Assembly: GCF_006345805.1 (NCBI RefSeq)
Contig: NC_043014.1
Coordinates: 11,346,001 to 11,410,000, forward strand
Origin: Octopus sinensis
Lineage: Eukaryota
Direction of reading: 5' to 3'
Length of the DNA: 64,000 nt
This document shows, piece by piece, positions 12,900 to 25,986 of the stretch (the first letter of the stretch is position 1; each line of letters starts with the position of its first letter). The notes beneath the pieces were generated by a model. That model had not been told where the DNA came from, did not search any database, and was given only the letters and a program-made list of their open reading frames with translations. The position numbers and the translations under genes are program-made.

Positions 12900-13203
12900 T
12901 TCACATTTGGAATTTTTACTACACTTGTAATGCACGAATCAGCCGGTCGATTTCTCTCTCTGAAAATCTCAGTTTATCCAGATTCTCCTTTAAGCATTTA
13001 TTAACAAAGCCTAGTGCTCTTATTATTATTGGTATGAATATGAATTCATAGTCTGAATATAGAAGCTGGAGGTTTCTAAGCAGTTGTCCATAGACATCTT
13101 CTTTTTCTTTGATTTTCAAAGAGATATTTATATCTGCAGGACAGCTGGTATGATGGTACATACCTTTGCCCCTCTGTTCCAAACAACAATATCCGGTCTG
13201 TTG
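12900..13203 (-). pseudogene. Restriction-like endonuclease (RLE) domain fragment of an R4/Dong-type LINE
   Basis: NRPDIVVWNRGAKVCTII, then a frameshift, then SCPADINISLKIKEKEDVYGQLLRNLQLLYSDYEFIFIPIIIRALG. This matches the RPD..(D/E)..P..N...K..EK...Y pattern of RLE domains. Confidence 0.82.
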
Positions 13204-13699
13204 CCACCGACAGAAGGAGCAGTGGCCCATCTCAGAAAGAGGAAAGATGAGTTTGTCGTACTCTTTCTGAAGGGAGGGGCGATACAACGCTTCCTATGGA
13301 AGCGAGGCTAGACGGAGAAACTCTTAGCCTGGACCGAAAACCCGAATTGGCCTTCGCAGCTGACTGCGAAGGTCATATCGGAGGTCAACATGTCTAGGGT
13401 GTTGGGCTCCTTTACAAGGGCTTGTTTAGAGTCGATTTTGGGGACCCCGACCTGGATCCGGAGCAGTGCCTATGGGAAGCTTACAGCCTTGTCGGGGACG
13501 AAGAAGAATAGGCTTAGCGCCGAAATATGTAAATATATTCTTATATTTGTAATGATAAATATTGTCGTCATTTTAGACGAATTTTAAGAGGTTCATTACC
13601 TCATGTAATGTATTGTTAAAAAACAATGCTATAGAGAAGCAGAGGGTTGGCGGGCGCTTTCTGTCTTCTCTCATCCTTATTATCCTTATATCATTATCA

Positions 13700-13905
13700 T
13701 GGTGTATGTATGTGTGTATATGTTTGTCCCCCCAACATCGCTTGACAGCCGGTGCTGGTGTGTTTACGTCCCCGTAACTTAGCAGTTCGGCAAAATAGAC
13801 CGATAGAATAAGTACTAGGCTTACAAAGAATAAGTCCTGGGGTCGATTTTCTCGACTAAAGGCTGTGCTCCAGCATGGCCACAGTCAAATGACTGGAACA
13901 AGTAA
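13700..13905 (+). mobile_element. SINE family A, 3' half
   Basis: tttgtccccccaacatcgcttgacagccgg...gctccagcatggccacagtcaaatgact. Confidence 0.82.
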
Positions 13906-15138
13906 AATGTGTAAAAGTAAGTGATATAATAAAAGTTGACAATTCTTTAAATCTTATATTTATTTTGTAAGCAAATAATACAATATCACATAAGCATTTT
14001 ATCAGCGTGTTATAATATTTCTTTCTATTCTGGAAACTCGCCGCGTACCGGCAGCTGATGGCTCGGTGACCGGCACCGGTCCACGGACCACCACTTTGAG
14101 TATAACTGGTATAAACCCAACACAATTTCCCGAACACGCGACACAATGCCCAATCACGCCATCACACGCTATTTCTGATTCTTACCCGATACCCGATTCA
14201 CCACACGACACCAAAACAATTAACTACGGCTTCACTCACGTAAATTTTCTGTGGAGTGATAACAGGAAATAAGGTTTCGCCCCAGGCCTTTCCTCAACAA
14301 GCTGTTGACACATTTACCTCTAAATTCTTTTTTTTCTAAACGTTCTTTGTTCTAGCTTCATTTTCGGCGATTCAGTCGTTTTCCTTTCTCCCAAAATGGA
14401 ACCTAAGCGAAATGTCAGAACCCATTTCTTGTGACTTCCCCTTTATTCAGTAACAGTAGTCAGGACTGGAAAATACTGAGAAGAAGGTGAACTCAGCCGG
14501 AAATCAGACTTCCAGATTCAATCGCCTGCAGCTTGTTAACACGTACTGTGTTCACACACTTCGTATTGGAAAACATAATTCCCGTCATATTTATTAACAT
14601 CAAGTTTTTACATACATAAATACACACACACACATATATAATAAATAAGAAAATCGTATCAGGTAATCTTGATTTACTCATTTCTCATTTCAAATAAACG
14701 CTTCTTTTATTGTAAACATTCTCTTGCAAATTGTTCCAATATTTCCAACTTCGTAAACAATTTCTTTCCGAGCATCAAACACGTAACAGCCCAGAAGTAA
14801 TATTGTAACACGCTTTGTAGTTATCCAGATTTTTTATTACACTAAGCTTCGTACCATATGTTCGTAAGTATTCTGCTTAGACCGTTTAAACCGAGAATTT
14901 CTTTTTATAGAGAACAGTGTAGCGATTTCGAATTATCTCCCCTCCCCATCCAGCTTAACTTTTGCTAACTTTAAATAGCGTTCAGATTACAGTTAGTTGG
15001 ATGAAATTGGATGAAAAGCTGAAATCGATTGATTATATAACTGTAATTACATTTTATTTTCAATGAATGAACTGAAAAAACAGTTTTAAATTATCAGAAA
15101 GTTAATCAAACTAATGCTTCCAAATGCAAACAAAACAT

Positions 15139-15510
15139 GTGTGTGTGTGTGTGGTGTGTGTGTGTGTGTGTGTGTGTGTAACTACCGCAGTATAGTTTGT
15201 CCTAACAGAAACATCCACGTTTAAATGGGGACAGATATTACCTCATTTGTTATAGCCCCGAGCCGACGAAAGCCTTGTGAATGAATTTGGTAAACGGAAA
15301 CTGAAAGAAGCTCGGAGTATATGTGTGTGTGTGTGTGTGTGTTGTGTGTGTGTGTGTGTGTGTGTAACTACCGCAGTATAGTTTGTCCTAACAGAAACAT
15401 CCACGTTTAAATGGGGACAGATATTACCTCATTTGTTATAGCCCCGAGCCGACGAAAGCCTTGTGAATGAATTTGGTAAACGGAAACTGAAAGAAGCTCG
15501 GAGTATGCGT
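15139..15510. repeat. Tandem duplication, period ~186 bp, with breakpoints in (TG)n
   Basis: 15179-15320 is identical to 15365-15506, and each unit is bounded by (TG)n. The second unit continues into SINE family A up to ~15790. Confidence 0.9.
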
Positions 15511-16148
15511 GTGTGTGCGTGTGTGTGTGTGTCTGTGTGTCTGTGTGTGTGTGTGTGTGTGTGTGGGTGTGCGTGTGTGTGCTTGTTTGTGTTTATCCCT
15601 CATCACCAACTGACAACCGATGCTGGTGAGTTTACGTCCTCGTAATTTGGCGGTTCGGCAAAAAGCGACATATAGAATAAGTACCAAGATTTTAAAAAAT
15701 AAGTACTGGAATTCGATTCATTCGACTAAAAAATTATTCAAGGCGGTGCCCCAGCATGGCCGCAGTCTAAACACTGAAGCAAGTTAGAAAATAAAATATA
15801 ATCGCAGAGGTCCAAAGTGTTCTTTCTTTTTTAAGGCAACATTAAAAACGTTAGCGGATGTTTAAAAATTCAATACTTTTAGTAATTTTTACATCTTTAG
15901 ATTAGCTTACGATCTTGAATGTTCCATGTGTTTAAACACGTGGAATATAAAAGTATCTTTAGTTGTAAACATTAGAATTCGCCATTTTAGCGAAATCAGA
16001 GAAGAGGTTCCGTGAGCAGCGCAGGGGGCAATTTGAAATCGGGTCCAGATTAGCAGCAGAGATGATTAGAAATGGGTGTGGAGTTTGCAACTTGAAGCTT
16101 TCTCACTAGCAACAGTGTGTGTATGTGTGTTGTGTGTATATATATATA

Positions 16149-16397
<249 letters not shown>

Positions 16398-16410
16398 ATA
16401 TACTTTGGGA

Positions 16411-16796
16411 GTGGAGGCGCAATGGCCCAGTGGTTAGGGCAGCGGACTCGCGGTCATAGGATCGCGGTTTCGATTCCCAGACCGGGCGTTGTGAGTGTTT
16501 ATTGAGCGAAAACACCTAAAGCTCCACGAGGCTCCGGCAGGGGATGGTGGTGATCCCTGCTGTACTCTTTGACCACAACTTTCTAACACTTCTTACTTCC
16601 TGTTTCTGTTGTACCTGTATTTCAAAGGGCCGGCCTTGTCACTCTCTGTGTCACGCTGAATCTCCCCGAGAACTACGTTAAGGGTACACGTGTCTGTGGA
16701 GTGCTCAGCCACTTACACTTTAATTTCACGAGCAGGCTGTTCCGTTGATTCGGATCAACCGGAACCCTCGTCGTCGTAACCGACGGAGTGCTTCCA
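16411..16796 (+). mobile_element. tRNA-derived SINE, family E (3' module 1), with 10-bp TSD
   Basis: Head GTGGAGGCGCAATGGCCCAGTGGTTAGGGCAGCGGAC...GGTTTCGATTCCC; TSD TACTTTGGGA at 16401-16410 and 16797-16806. Confidence 0.92.
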
Positions 16797-17039
16797 TACT
16801 TTGGGAATTGAAGAAGTATGTAGAACAGATGAGCGAAAACAACTGCGAAATATTAGTGTCTGTGGCCCTCGTTCATTTCCAGGGCGATTTCGTTTCGACT
16901 AGTTTTGACATGTGTTTTATTATAACATAAAACGTCTTTAAAGGGATCTCCCTTAGAAGAAATACAGCAGCTACAAATGTTTAACAATGTATCTATCAAC
17001 ACACATACATATATATTTTTTTCTCTTTTGTTTTTTTTT

Positions 17040-17250
17040 CTTTGTTTCAGTCATCTGACTGCGACTATGCTGGAGCACCGCCTTGAAAGGTTTTAGTAAA
17101 ACAAATCGACCCCAGGACTTATTCTTTGTAAGCCTAGTACTTACTCTATCGGTCTCTTTTGCCGAACCGCTAAGTTACGGGGACGTAAAAAAACCAACAT
17201 CGGTTGTCAAGCGATGTTGGACATACACTGACACACAAACATATGCACAC

Positions 17251-17323
<73 letters not shown>

Positions 17324-17620
17324 CGACGGGCTTCTTTCGCTTTCTGTCTACCAAATCCAGTCACAAGGCTTTGGTCGGCCCGAGGCTATAGTAGAAGATA
17401 CTTGCCCAAGGTGCTACGCAGTGGGGCTGAACCCGGAACCATGTGATTCGTAAGCAAGCTACTTACCACACAGACGGGTTTCTTTCAGTTTTCGTCCACT
17501 CAAAAGGCTTTGGTCGGTCCGGGGTTAGAGTAGAAGACACTTACTCAAGGTGCCATGCAATGGGACTGAACCTGGAACCACGTGATTGGGAAGCAAACTT
17601 CTTACCAAACAGCGACGCCT
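17040..17620 (-). mobile_element. SINE family A plus a tandem partial second copy
   Basis: A full body runs to 17472, followed by a more degenerate head segment at 17473-17620. Confidence 0.82.
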
Positions 17621-17819
17621 GTTGATGCCATTTCAAGAAATCAACATGGCTGATCAGTTAGAAAACAATCTCGTTCCGTTTAAATATATTATAATTATTA
17701 GCCAGATACGAAAATCCGGTTTGATTGATTCTGGTTCACAACTCATCGCTTCATTTTGTTTTCACAACAAATGAGAATCTTATTTAAGTTACTACTACAG
17801 CCGCTACTGCTGCGGCTTG

Positions 17820-17851
17820 GATCACCACCCACCACCACTACCACCACCACC

Positions 17852-17894
<43 letters not shown>

Positions 17895-18157
17895 ATAATA
17901 ATAATAATAATAATAATCATAATACAACAACAACTACTACTACTACTACAACTACTACTACTACTACTACTACTATTGCTACCACTACCACATCCACTAC
18001 TACTGTACAATCATCGTAACCAACACCACTACCACTACTACTACTTCTACTACAACTTCTACCACTATTGTTACCTCTACCCTACCCTCTCCATTACTCC
18101 CATCACCACCACCACTACCACCACCACCACCACCACCACCACCACCACACCACCACC

Positions 18158-18228
<71 letters not shown>

Positions 18229-18490
18229 AACAACAACTACTACTACTACTACACTACTACTACTACTACTACTACTATTGCTACCACTACCACATCCACT
18301 ACTACTATACAATCATCGTAACCAACACCACTACCACTACTACTACTTCTACTACAACTTCTACCACTATTGTTACCTCTACCCTACCCTCTCCATTACT
18401 CCCATCACCACCACCACTACCACTACTACTATACAATCATCGTCACCAACACCACCACCACAACCACTACTACTACTACTACCACCAACC
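17820..18490. repeat. Compound (CAC)n(TAC)n(AAT)n array, duplicated with ~302-bp period
   Basis: The unique-looking core (ccacatccactac...caatcatcgtaaccaacacc...ctaccctaccctctccattactccc) occurs twice, with a third partial copy at ~18421. Confidence 0.85.
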
Positions 18491-20007
18491 CCACCGTCGC
18501 TATTACTACTTCGCCTTTGTGTGTATCGCTCAACGCCTCAGCTATGTTGCTAATGAATGACATTGTTAAGAAACAACGTTGGAATTTTCCAAAAAAGATA
18601 TTTTTTTTGTGTTTCAAAAACAACAACATCGAGGGAGAAAAAACAACAACACAAAACATATACCACCTTTCATCTTTCGGTTATTTATATCTTGTTTGTT
18701 TTACTACGGCTGACTACAACATCACATCAGCACACATACCACCACCACCACCACCACCACCATTACTATCAATACCAAAGCTATCTCCGTCACTACTACC
18801 AGTAGTAACATCAGTAGCGCTCGTTGTCTCCGTGTCTCTGAAGAGGACCAGGTTAGCAGTTTCACACTTAGTGGATCCTGGGGTGACTTAGGCCAAAATT
18901 GTCATGAAGTCCACGGCTCCTGAGGGAACACGTAAGAACAGATTCAAGACTTGGTAGGACTTTTGCTAGCATAACTACAGATTCCTGCCCCACCCCACCG
19001 ACTTTGGACGATCATAACTTTCAGAGAAATGGATATCTTTTAATGAAATTTTCTACGAATATGTGCTATATCATGTAGATTCCGGATATACAAAACTTTT
19101 GAGGAGAAGTGGTTTAGGAAGGGTAGGGTGGAGAATTTCGGAAAATTCACCGGCGTCCACTTCAATTCGTCTTAACTTTCAAGAAAATAGATATTTTTTT
19201 AAAGAAATTTTGTACAAATATACCTGAGGTGACTTATTAGGCCAAAAATAAAATCCACGGCTACTGTAGGAACACGTAAGAGCAGGATTCAAGACTTGGT
19301 AGGGCTTTTGCTGGCATATTCGTCTTACTTTCAAGAAAATAAATATTTTTTAACGAGGTTTTCTACAAATATACCTCGGACTCTGTAGCTTCCGAGAACA
19401 TACGAATTTTGGGTAAAAACAATTGGGGGTTACTTTTGAAGACCGTTCGCCACTACATAAGAAACATAGCAGTAAAGTAAAGAATTGAAAATAAAAGCAA
19501 ATAAAAACTAAGAAACAAAATGTGCTAGCTGCTAATTACATCGTCATTAGGTTTTGTTTTCTAATTGAATAAACCAACATTAATTATCTAACATTCAAAA
19601 TTTCATTTAAAATGAAATATATAGAAAAATTAAAACTATATATACGTTTCTTTCAGAGGGGTTCATCTAAAATGAAAGATCGCCCATCGTTGTTTTTCTG
19701 TAAAAAAAACTTTTCGCCATTGCATGTTAGCAAACTTAGGGATTTCACCGACGTAAAAATTGGTAAAAATTATGGTTGAAAATCTATTTTTACCGCTATC
19801 CGGGGGTGCCTCGGGAAAAATAAGTTAACAAAAGCACTGCCATGTTCGTGTCCAATGTCCTTCTAAAATTGGAGCGACATGCGAGCTAATTTGTGGACGT
19901 GCATAAAGTACATTCACGTACATACAGACACACACACATCCTGCCTTTTACATATATATATATATGTGTGTGTATGTGTGCGCGTGCGCGCGTGCGTGTG
20001 TGTGTGT

Positions 20008-20148
20008 TTTTCTCTTATTCCTTTCTGCTGAAGAACATAGACTCGAAACGTAAAAGACTTTTTCATTTTTTCCGAGCGTCAAACTAATACACTTGCCTGT
20101 TGTTCATACACCTGTCTTCGTCTTTTGTTTTTCTATAAATTTCAACTA

Positions 20149-20187
<39 letters not shown>

Positions 20188-20340
20188 TTGGAATTTACAG
20201 TAAAACAGAAGACGAAGACAGGTGTATAAACAACAAACAGGTGTATTAATTTAACGCTCGGGAAGGTGAGCAAGTCTTTTACGTTTCGAGCCCACGCTCT
20301 TCAACAGAAAGAAACACGATAAAATAAACAGAGAGAAAAT
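20008..20340. mobile_element. Inverted pair of short Penelope-like repeats around (TA)n, each with a hammerhead-like motif
   Basis: 20008-20146 is the diverged reverse complement of 20188-20340. The motifs are at 20021-20056 (+) and 20276-20311 (-). Confidence 0.7.
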
Positions 20341-20410
20341 ATACATATACATATACATATGTGTGTGTGTATGTGTATGTATGTATGTATGTATGTAGTA
20401 TGTATGTATG

Positions 20411-20442
<32 letters not shown>

Positions 20443-21189
20443 CCCAGAAGTCTCTCTTCTACAGACTACTGTCTCGTATTTCAGACAAAGCTCTTCAAAG
20501 AGATCGCAATCGTCACTAAATACATTCAAAAGAGAAAAAAATCTGCTAAAAATAACACCAAGGTATACCTCTCATAATGTTTAACATCACAAACATGACT
20601 GCATATATTGAAAAGAGAGAAATAGCTTGCTAGAATTAGCAGCCAAGTTTATCATACATAATATCTTACATCACAATCATTACAGCATAAATTAAGGAAG
20701 AGAAGAACAATGGACGTGTTAATCTGCTAAACGCAATCAAATAGCGGGCGACGGTGTTAGACAGGGTGATGGATTAGGTCCATCAAAATACTCGCTTAAG
20801 GTGTCACGCAGTAAGATCAAACTCGAAAAAAAGTACAACACGCGTTTACAAAGCGAATTTTCTAAGCACACAGCCTTTCCAGCATCTTACCATTTCGGGT
20901 ATTTCTGTTTATCTAAGATGTCATTAGAAGAAGGTAGCAGGTCTGTTGCATATGATCTTAGTTTTTATCAGTCTGTTTGCAATTATATTGAATTATTTAG
21001 AAATTATTTTTGTCCCAGGTCAACCCAGACACAACAGACCTGGTCAACTCGGAACCATCCTCTACTTTCTGTTATCGTCCATTCGTGACTGCAATATCCA
21101 ATGTTCTTTTACGTCTTAGACGGCTTTGGCAGGAATTCAAGGGAGATTTGGCAACTTGTATTCCTAGTATGTTGAGTGGTCACCTATAT

Positions 21190-21531
21190 CAGTCATTGCC
21201 AAGTTGCGATTCGCATGCGGTCCGCGGGATTTTTTGAACGGTACAGTTATCGAAAAATTACCAAGAACTTTTTAGCAGTGCGGCCCGTTTCATGATGAAC
21301 CATGTTTCAAGTGGCCCGCGGGATTCTTTGAACGGTACATTTATCGAAAAATTACCAAGAACTTTTTAACTGTGCGACCTGTTTCATGATGAACCATGTT
21401 TCAAGCGGCCCGCGGGATTTTTTGAACGGTGCATTTATCGAAAAATGACCAAGAACTTTTTAGCAGTGCGGTCCGTTTCATGATGAACCATGTTTCAAGC
21501 GGCCCGCTTCTCGAAAAAGATTGCCCATGTC
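21190..21531. mobile_element. hAT/Charlie-like MITE remnant with three 94-bp internal tandem repeats
   Basis: Units start at 21217, 21311 and 21405 (a fourth, partial, at 21499) and carry GCGGCCCGC motifs. The right end aagattgcccatg resembles Charlie-type termini. Confidence 0.6.
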
Positions 21532-21673
21532 TAACGTAGATGCCCCTTTGTGCCTTAATGACGGCCACAACATAGTACCAATGATAAGATAGGAAACGTT
21601 GATTATTTAAGTGAAAAATCAGCTTGCTACCAACTCAGCGATGGTCCTCCATAATACAACAGCAGCAGCCATA

Positions 21674-22079
21674 GTGGAGGCGCAATGGCCCAGTGGTCAG
21701 GGCAGCGAACTCGCGATCGGAGGATCGCGGTTTCGATTCCCAGACCGGACGTTGTGTGTGTTTATTGAGCGAAAACACCTAAAGCTCCACGAGGCTCCGG
21801 CAGGGTGGGGGGCTACCCCTGTTGTTCTTTCACTCCAACTTTCTCTCACTCTTTCTTCCTGTTTTTTTTTTGTCCCCCGACTCCCTACACAACCGTTGAG
21901 CCTGGATGCGCATTCATCCATCCGTCGATGCTCTCGGTGTCGGGGGTTGACCTGCTTTCTCTTCTGCGGGTCTTACGAATAGCAAAGGTCCGCGTTTCGG
22001 ACTTCTACAGACAATCCTGAGGCGCGATCTTGCGAGCTCTGGGACGAAGACCGATTCGCTCAACAAACAAACAAACAAA
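21674..22079 (+). mobile_element. SINE family E (3' module 2), (AAAC)n tail
   Basis: The first ~185 nt match 16411 onward; the remainder is unrelated and ends in caacaaacaaacaaacaaa. Confidence 0.88.
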
Positions 22080-23805
22080 GCAACAGCCACAGCCGTAGCA
22101 ACTACAGCAGCAGCAGCGACAGCAACAGCAGCAGTACTAGTAGCAGCAGCAGTATCTGTCTGCCCCTTAACGTTTGTTCTTGGGATATAAGTTACGAATA
22201 CATCAGCACCTTCGTCGATTTGTTGTTTGAAGGAGGCTAAACTAACAAAAATAGGTGTAACATTCTTTTTGCAGTAATGACTGTTGAACAGTTCTACGCC
22301 GACTGAAACTCTTGGAGAAAGCATCTTAATGGCAACATAAAACGTACAGAGACGTTTCTTCTTCAAAATTATATTCTTACGAACCAGTATTTTATAGTTT
22401 TCTTTGATCAAACAGCTTAAAGAAAAATCGTCTGCCATGAAGGGTTAAGAGAATATACGATATATTTGCGTCTTGTATGTGCGTATATTTGTAGGCGCAC
22501 GTGAGTTGCGATTGCGTGCCTTTTGCAAGCGTGGATGTGTGGTTAAGAAGCTCACTTTACAACTGCGTGGTTTCGGGTTCAGTCCCATTTCGCAGCACAT
22601 GCGGCAAGTGTGTTTTTTTTTTTTGTTTTAGCTCCAGACCGATCAATGCCTTGTGAAGGGATTTAGTAGACGGAAACTGTGTGGAAGCCTGGTGTAGATA
22701 TGTGTGCTCTTGTGTGTGTGTGTGCGTGTAAATATATGTATGAATGTGTATGTGTGTGTCTATAAGCTTGTTTGCACAAGCATATATACACACTTAACCG
22801 ATGATGGTTTATTTATGCCCACTTAATGACTAGTACTGGTTCGTTTATATCCCCATGACTTAGTGGTTCGGCCAATGACACCGATGAAATAGTACCAATC
22901 TTTTAAAAATATATATTTGAGTCGATTTCTTGGACTAAACTCTTCAAGGTGGTGCCCCAGTATGGCCGCAGTCCAGTGACTGAAACAAGCAAAAACTAAA
23001 AAATGCGCGCGCGCATGTGTGTGTCTGTGCTTGTCCTTACAACCACTTAATAACCGCTGTTGGTTTGTTTATGTGTCGTGTCCATAAATCACCACTTTCG
23101 ACAAAAGAGACCGATAGAATAAGTACCAGCTTTAAACGAAAGGTACTGACACTGATTTGTTCCACTAAAACCCTTCAAGGTGGTGCCCCAGCATGGCCGT
23201 AACCCAATGACTGAAACAAGTAAGAGATAAAAGATATATGTGTACGTGTGCGTGCGTGTGGTGTACATATGTGTTTGTGTGCATGTGTGTGTTTGTATGT
23301 GTTTAGTGTTTGTTAATAACCGTTCTTGGTTTGTTTACATGTCCGCAACTCACAGTTCAACATAAAAGATATTCATTTTCTTTTTCATTTTTTTTCGTTT
23401 TTTAAAGCCTGATACTGATTCTATCAGTCTCTTTTGAGTCACGTGTGGATGTAAACACACCAACACCGGACTTTAAGTGGTCGTGGGGGACAAACACAGA
23501 AAAAACACACGCACACATACATGTATTTATAACGGGCTTCTTTCAGTTTCCGTCTACCAAATTCACTCACAAGGCTTTGGTTGGGCCAAGGCAATAGTAG
23601 AAGACACTGGTGGAATCGTTAGCACATCGGAGAAAATACTTAGCAACGTTCTGAGTTCAAATACCGCCGAACTCAATTTTGTCATTAATCTCTTCGTGAT
23701 TGATAAAATAAAGTATCAGTTACGAAATAAGGTCGTTGTAATCGACTTGGCCCCTCCCCTCAAAATTGGTGACCTTGACGCCAACAATGGACCGGTGTTG
23801 TGTTT

Positions 23806-24036
23806 GGCGGCGAACTGGCAGAAACGTTATCACGCCGGGCGAAATGTTTAGCGGTATTTCGTCTGCCGTTACGTTCTGAGATCAAATTCCGCCGAGGTCT
23901 ACTTTGCCTTTCATCCTTTCGGGGTCGATTAAATAAGTAGCAGTTACGCACTGGGGTCGATGTAATCGACTTAATCCCTTCGTCTGTCCTTGTTTGTCCT
24001 CTCTGTGTTTAGCCCCTTGTGGGTAGTAAAGAAATA
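23806..24036 (+). mobile_element. SINE family C with 11-bp TSD
   Basis: GGCGGCGAACTGGCAGAAACGTTA...TTCTGAGATCAAATTCC...GTAAAGAAATA; TSD GGTGTTGTGTT at 23794-23804 and 24037-24047. Confidence 0.9.
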
Positions 24037-24515
24037 GGTGTTGTGTTCAGGGGGAATGTTGTGATTTCACTTATTTTACGCCATGGAAACCGCGCAACTG
24101 GCCTTATGAGTCCTAGGGCTCAAGAAAAATAAATAAATAAATAAATGAAAACAATATTTCAAAGCATTTCGTGAACAGCTGGAATATGTAATGGAAATAT
24201 GCAAGAGCCGGTTCCTGAATTTGTTTGTAAACAGGGTACAATGTTTTCAAATGCCACGCTTTCCCTATAGAAAATGTAAGCATTTCTCACATCTCAAACG
24301 TGTTCAGAAGGAAATTCGGAACGCTGGCGATGATGGAAATTTGATGACAGGAAAAAATATAACAATGTTTTCTCTGCAAGACGTTCGTTGCATGGTGGAG
24401 AAACGTTTCATAAATACATACATGCATGTACATATAAACGCGCATACACGCATATATACAAGCACATATACATGTATATACAGATACATGCACGCACACA
24501 TACAGATAGACGTAT

Positions 24516-24551
<36 letters not shown>

Positions 24552-25051
24552 ATGCATATATGCGTATAGATATACACTCACCTCACCTCACACTCACATA
24601 TGTGTGAGTGTGAGAGTGTGCGTGTATGAGCGTCTGTGAGTAGTATGTGTGGGCGTATATATATATATATATATAGCGAGAGAGAGAGAAGAGAGAGAGA
24701 GAGACATAACATATATATACTAATTTAAGGCGCAATATTGACTTATTATATATACATATATATAAATATCTATATTATATATATAATTCTATATATATAT
24801 TATCTATATATATATCTATATATATATAACGGAAAGCTTTATGCAAAAAACAAAAAGACGACGAAGAAGCAGTGGTTGAGTACAAACCAACAATGTGTTA
24901 TATATTATATACCGGAGTAAACACATAATGTGAAACAAGGTGGAAAAAAGAGTACTCAAATACCAGTTGTAGAGTATATGCTTTATTTAAAGCAGCAGAA
25001 AATTCAACAAAACAGGTTTTGTTGAATTTTCTGCTGCTTGAAATAAAGTAT

Positions 25052-25092
<41 letters not shown>

Positions 25093-25520
25093 GACACATG
25101 AAAATATAAATGAGTACTTCGTGTACACCTGCTTTATATATATTAGCTTAGACTTTCTGGGGGAACCCAGATCGAACCGTTTCAAGTGTAACTGCCCGAA
25201 ACGGTCGTGACTTCTGATACTTGACTGAGAAGAAAGCCACGAATGACCCGTCTTTTTTGCTTGTTCTAATTTGTTTCCCTTGTCCGCCTTTGTATCGTCT
25301 ATCTGTCCTAGTGTTCTATATGTTCTCTGTGTGCTGCGTTTTATTCCATATAGATATATTTATATATATATATCTATAGTTATATAATAATATATATATA
25401 TATAAATATATATATATATTATATATATATATATATATAATATATATATATATATAATAATATATATATTATATATATATCTAATATATAGATATATAAT
25501 ATATATATATATATAGATAT

Positions 25521-25700
25521 ATACGGGAAGCTTTATGAAAATAGACAAAAGACGAAGGCAGGTGGAAAACAAACAAACAATTGTATTAGTATGGCGCTCA
25601 GGAAATATAAATAAAACAAGTCTTTAACGTTTCGAGCCTACGCTCTTCAAAGAAAGATACACAGAGAGAAAAAAAACACAGAAAGAAGGAGAGAAAAAAA
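25521..25700 (-). mobile_element. Short Penelope-like repeat next to (TA)n with a degenerate hammerhead motif
   Basis: Same family as 45191-45355 and 20188-20340; motif at 25622-25656. Confidence 0.65.
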
Positions 25701-25774
25701 ATGCGTGCAGTAACTAACGAATCACATGGCGATCTGATTTCGGCCAGAGGTCAAAGATCAAACATGAGACGCGA

Positions 25775-25805
<31 letters not shown>

Positions 25806-25810
25806 ATATT

Positions 25811-25948
25811 AAGGTATGTAGAAAATACAACATGGACAAGAACGTATAACTCTTAGAAGACGATACAATAAAAAACGGACAGGACATTCGAAACCCTCAG
25901 TCTTCAGTCAAGAACCGGATCATCGTAGTAATTTCGGCTGATTAATCT

Positions 25949-25951
<3 letters not shown>
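25811..25951 (-). repeat. (TA)n-anchored repeat family F, partial copy
   Basis: Nearly identical to 43241-43380; related copies lie at 25210-25330 (opposite strand), 39410-39620 and 43892-44420. Confidence 0.75.

Positions 25952-25986
<35 letters not shown>

Noticed and set aside
21217-21510. 94-bp repeats considered as a CRISPR-like array
   Set aside because: These are contiguous tandem units without unique spacers, in a eukaryotic hAT-like context.
21985-22015. Antisense CTGTAGA-agtc-CGAAACGCGG in SINE E module 2 considered as a hammerhead
   Set aside because: No stem II, no NUH triplet and an altered core.
22420-22448. piggyBac-like end (…gaagggTTAA)
   Set aside because: No matching left TIR was found nearby.
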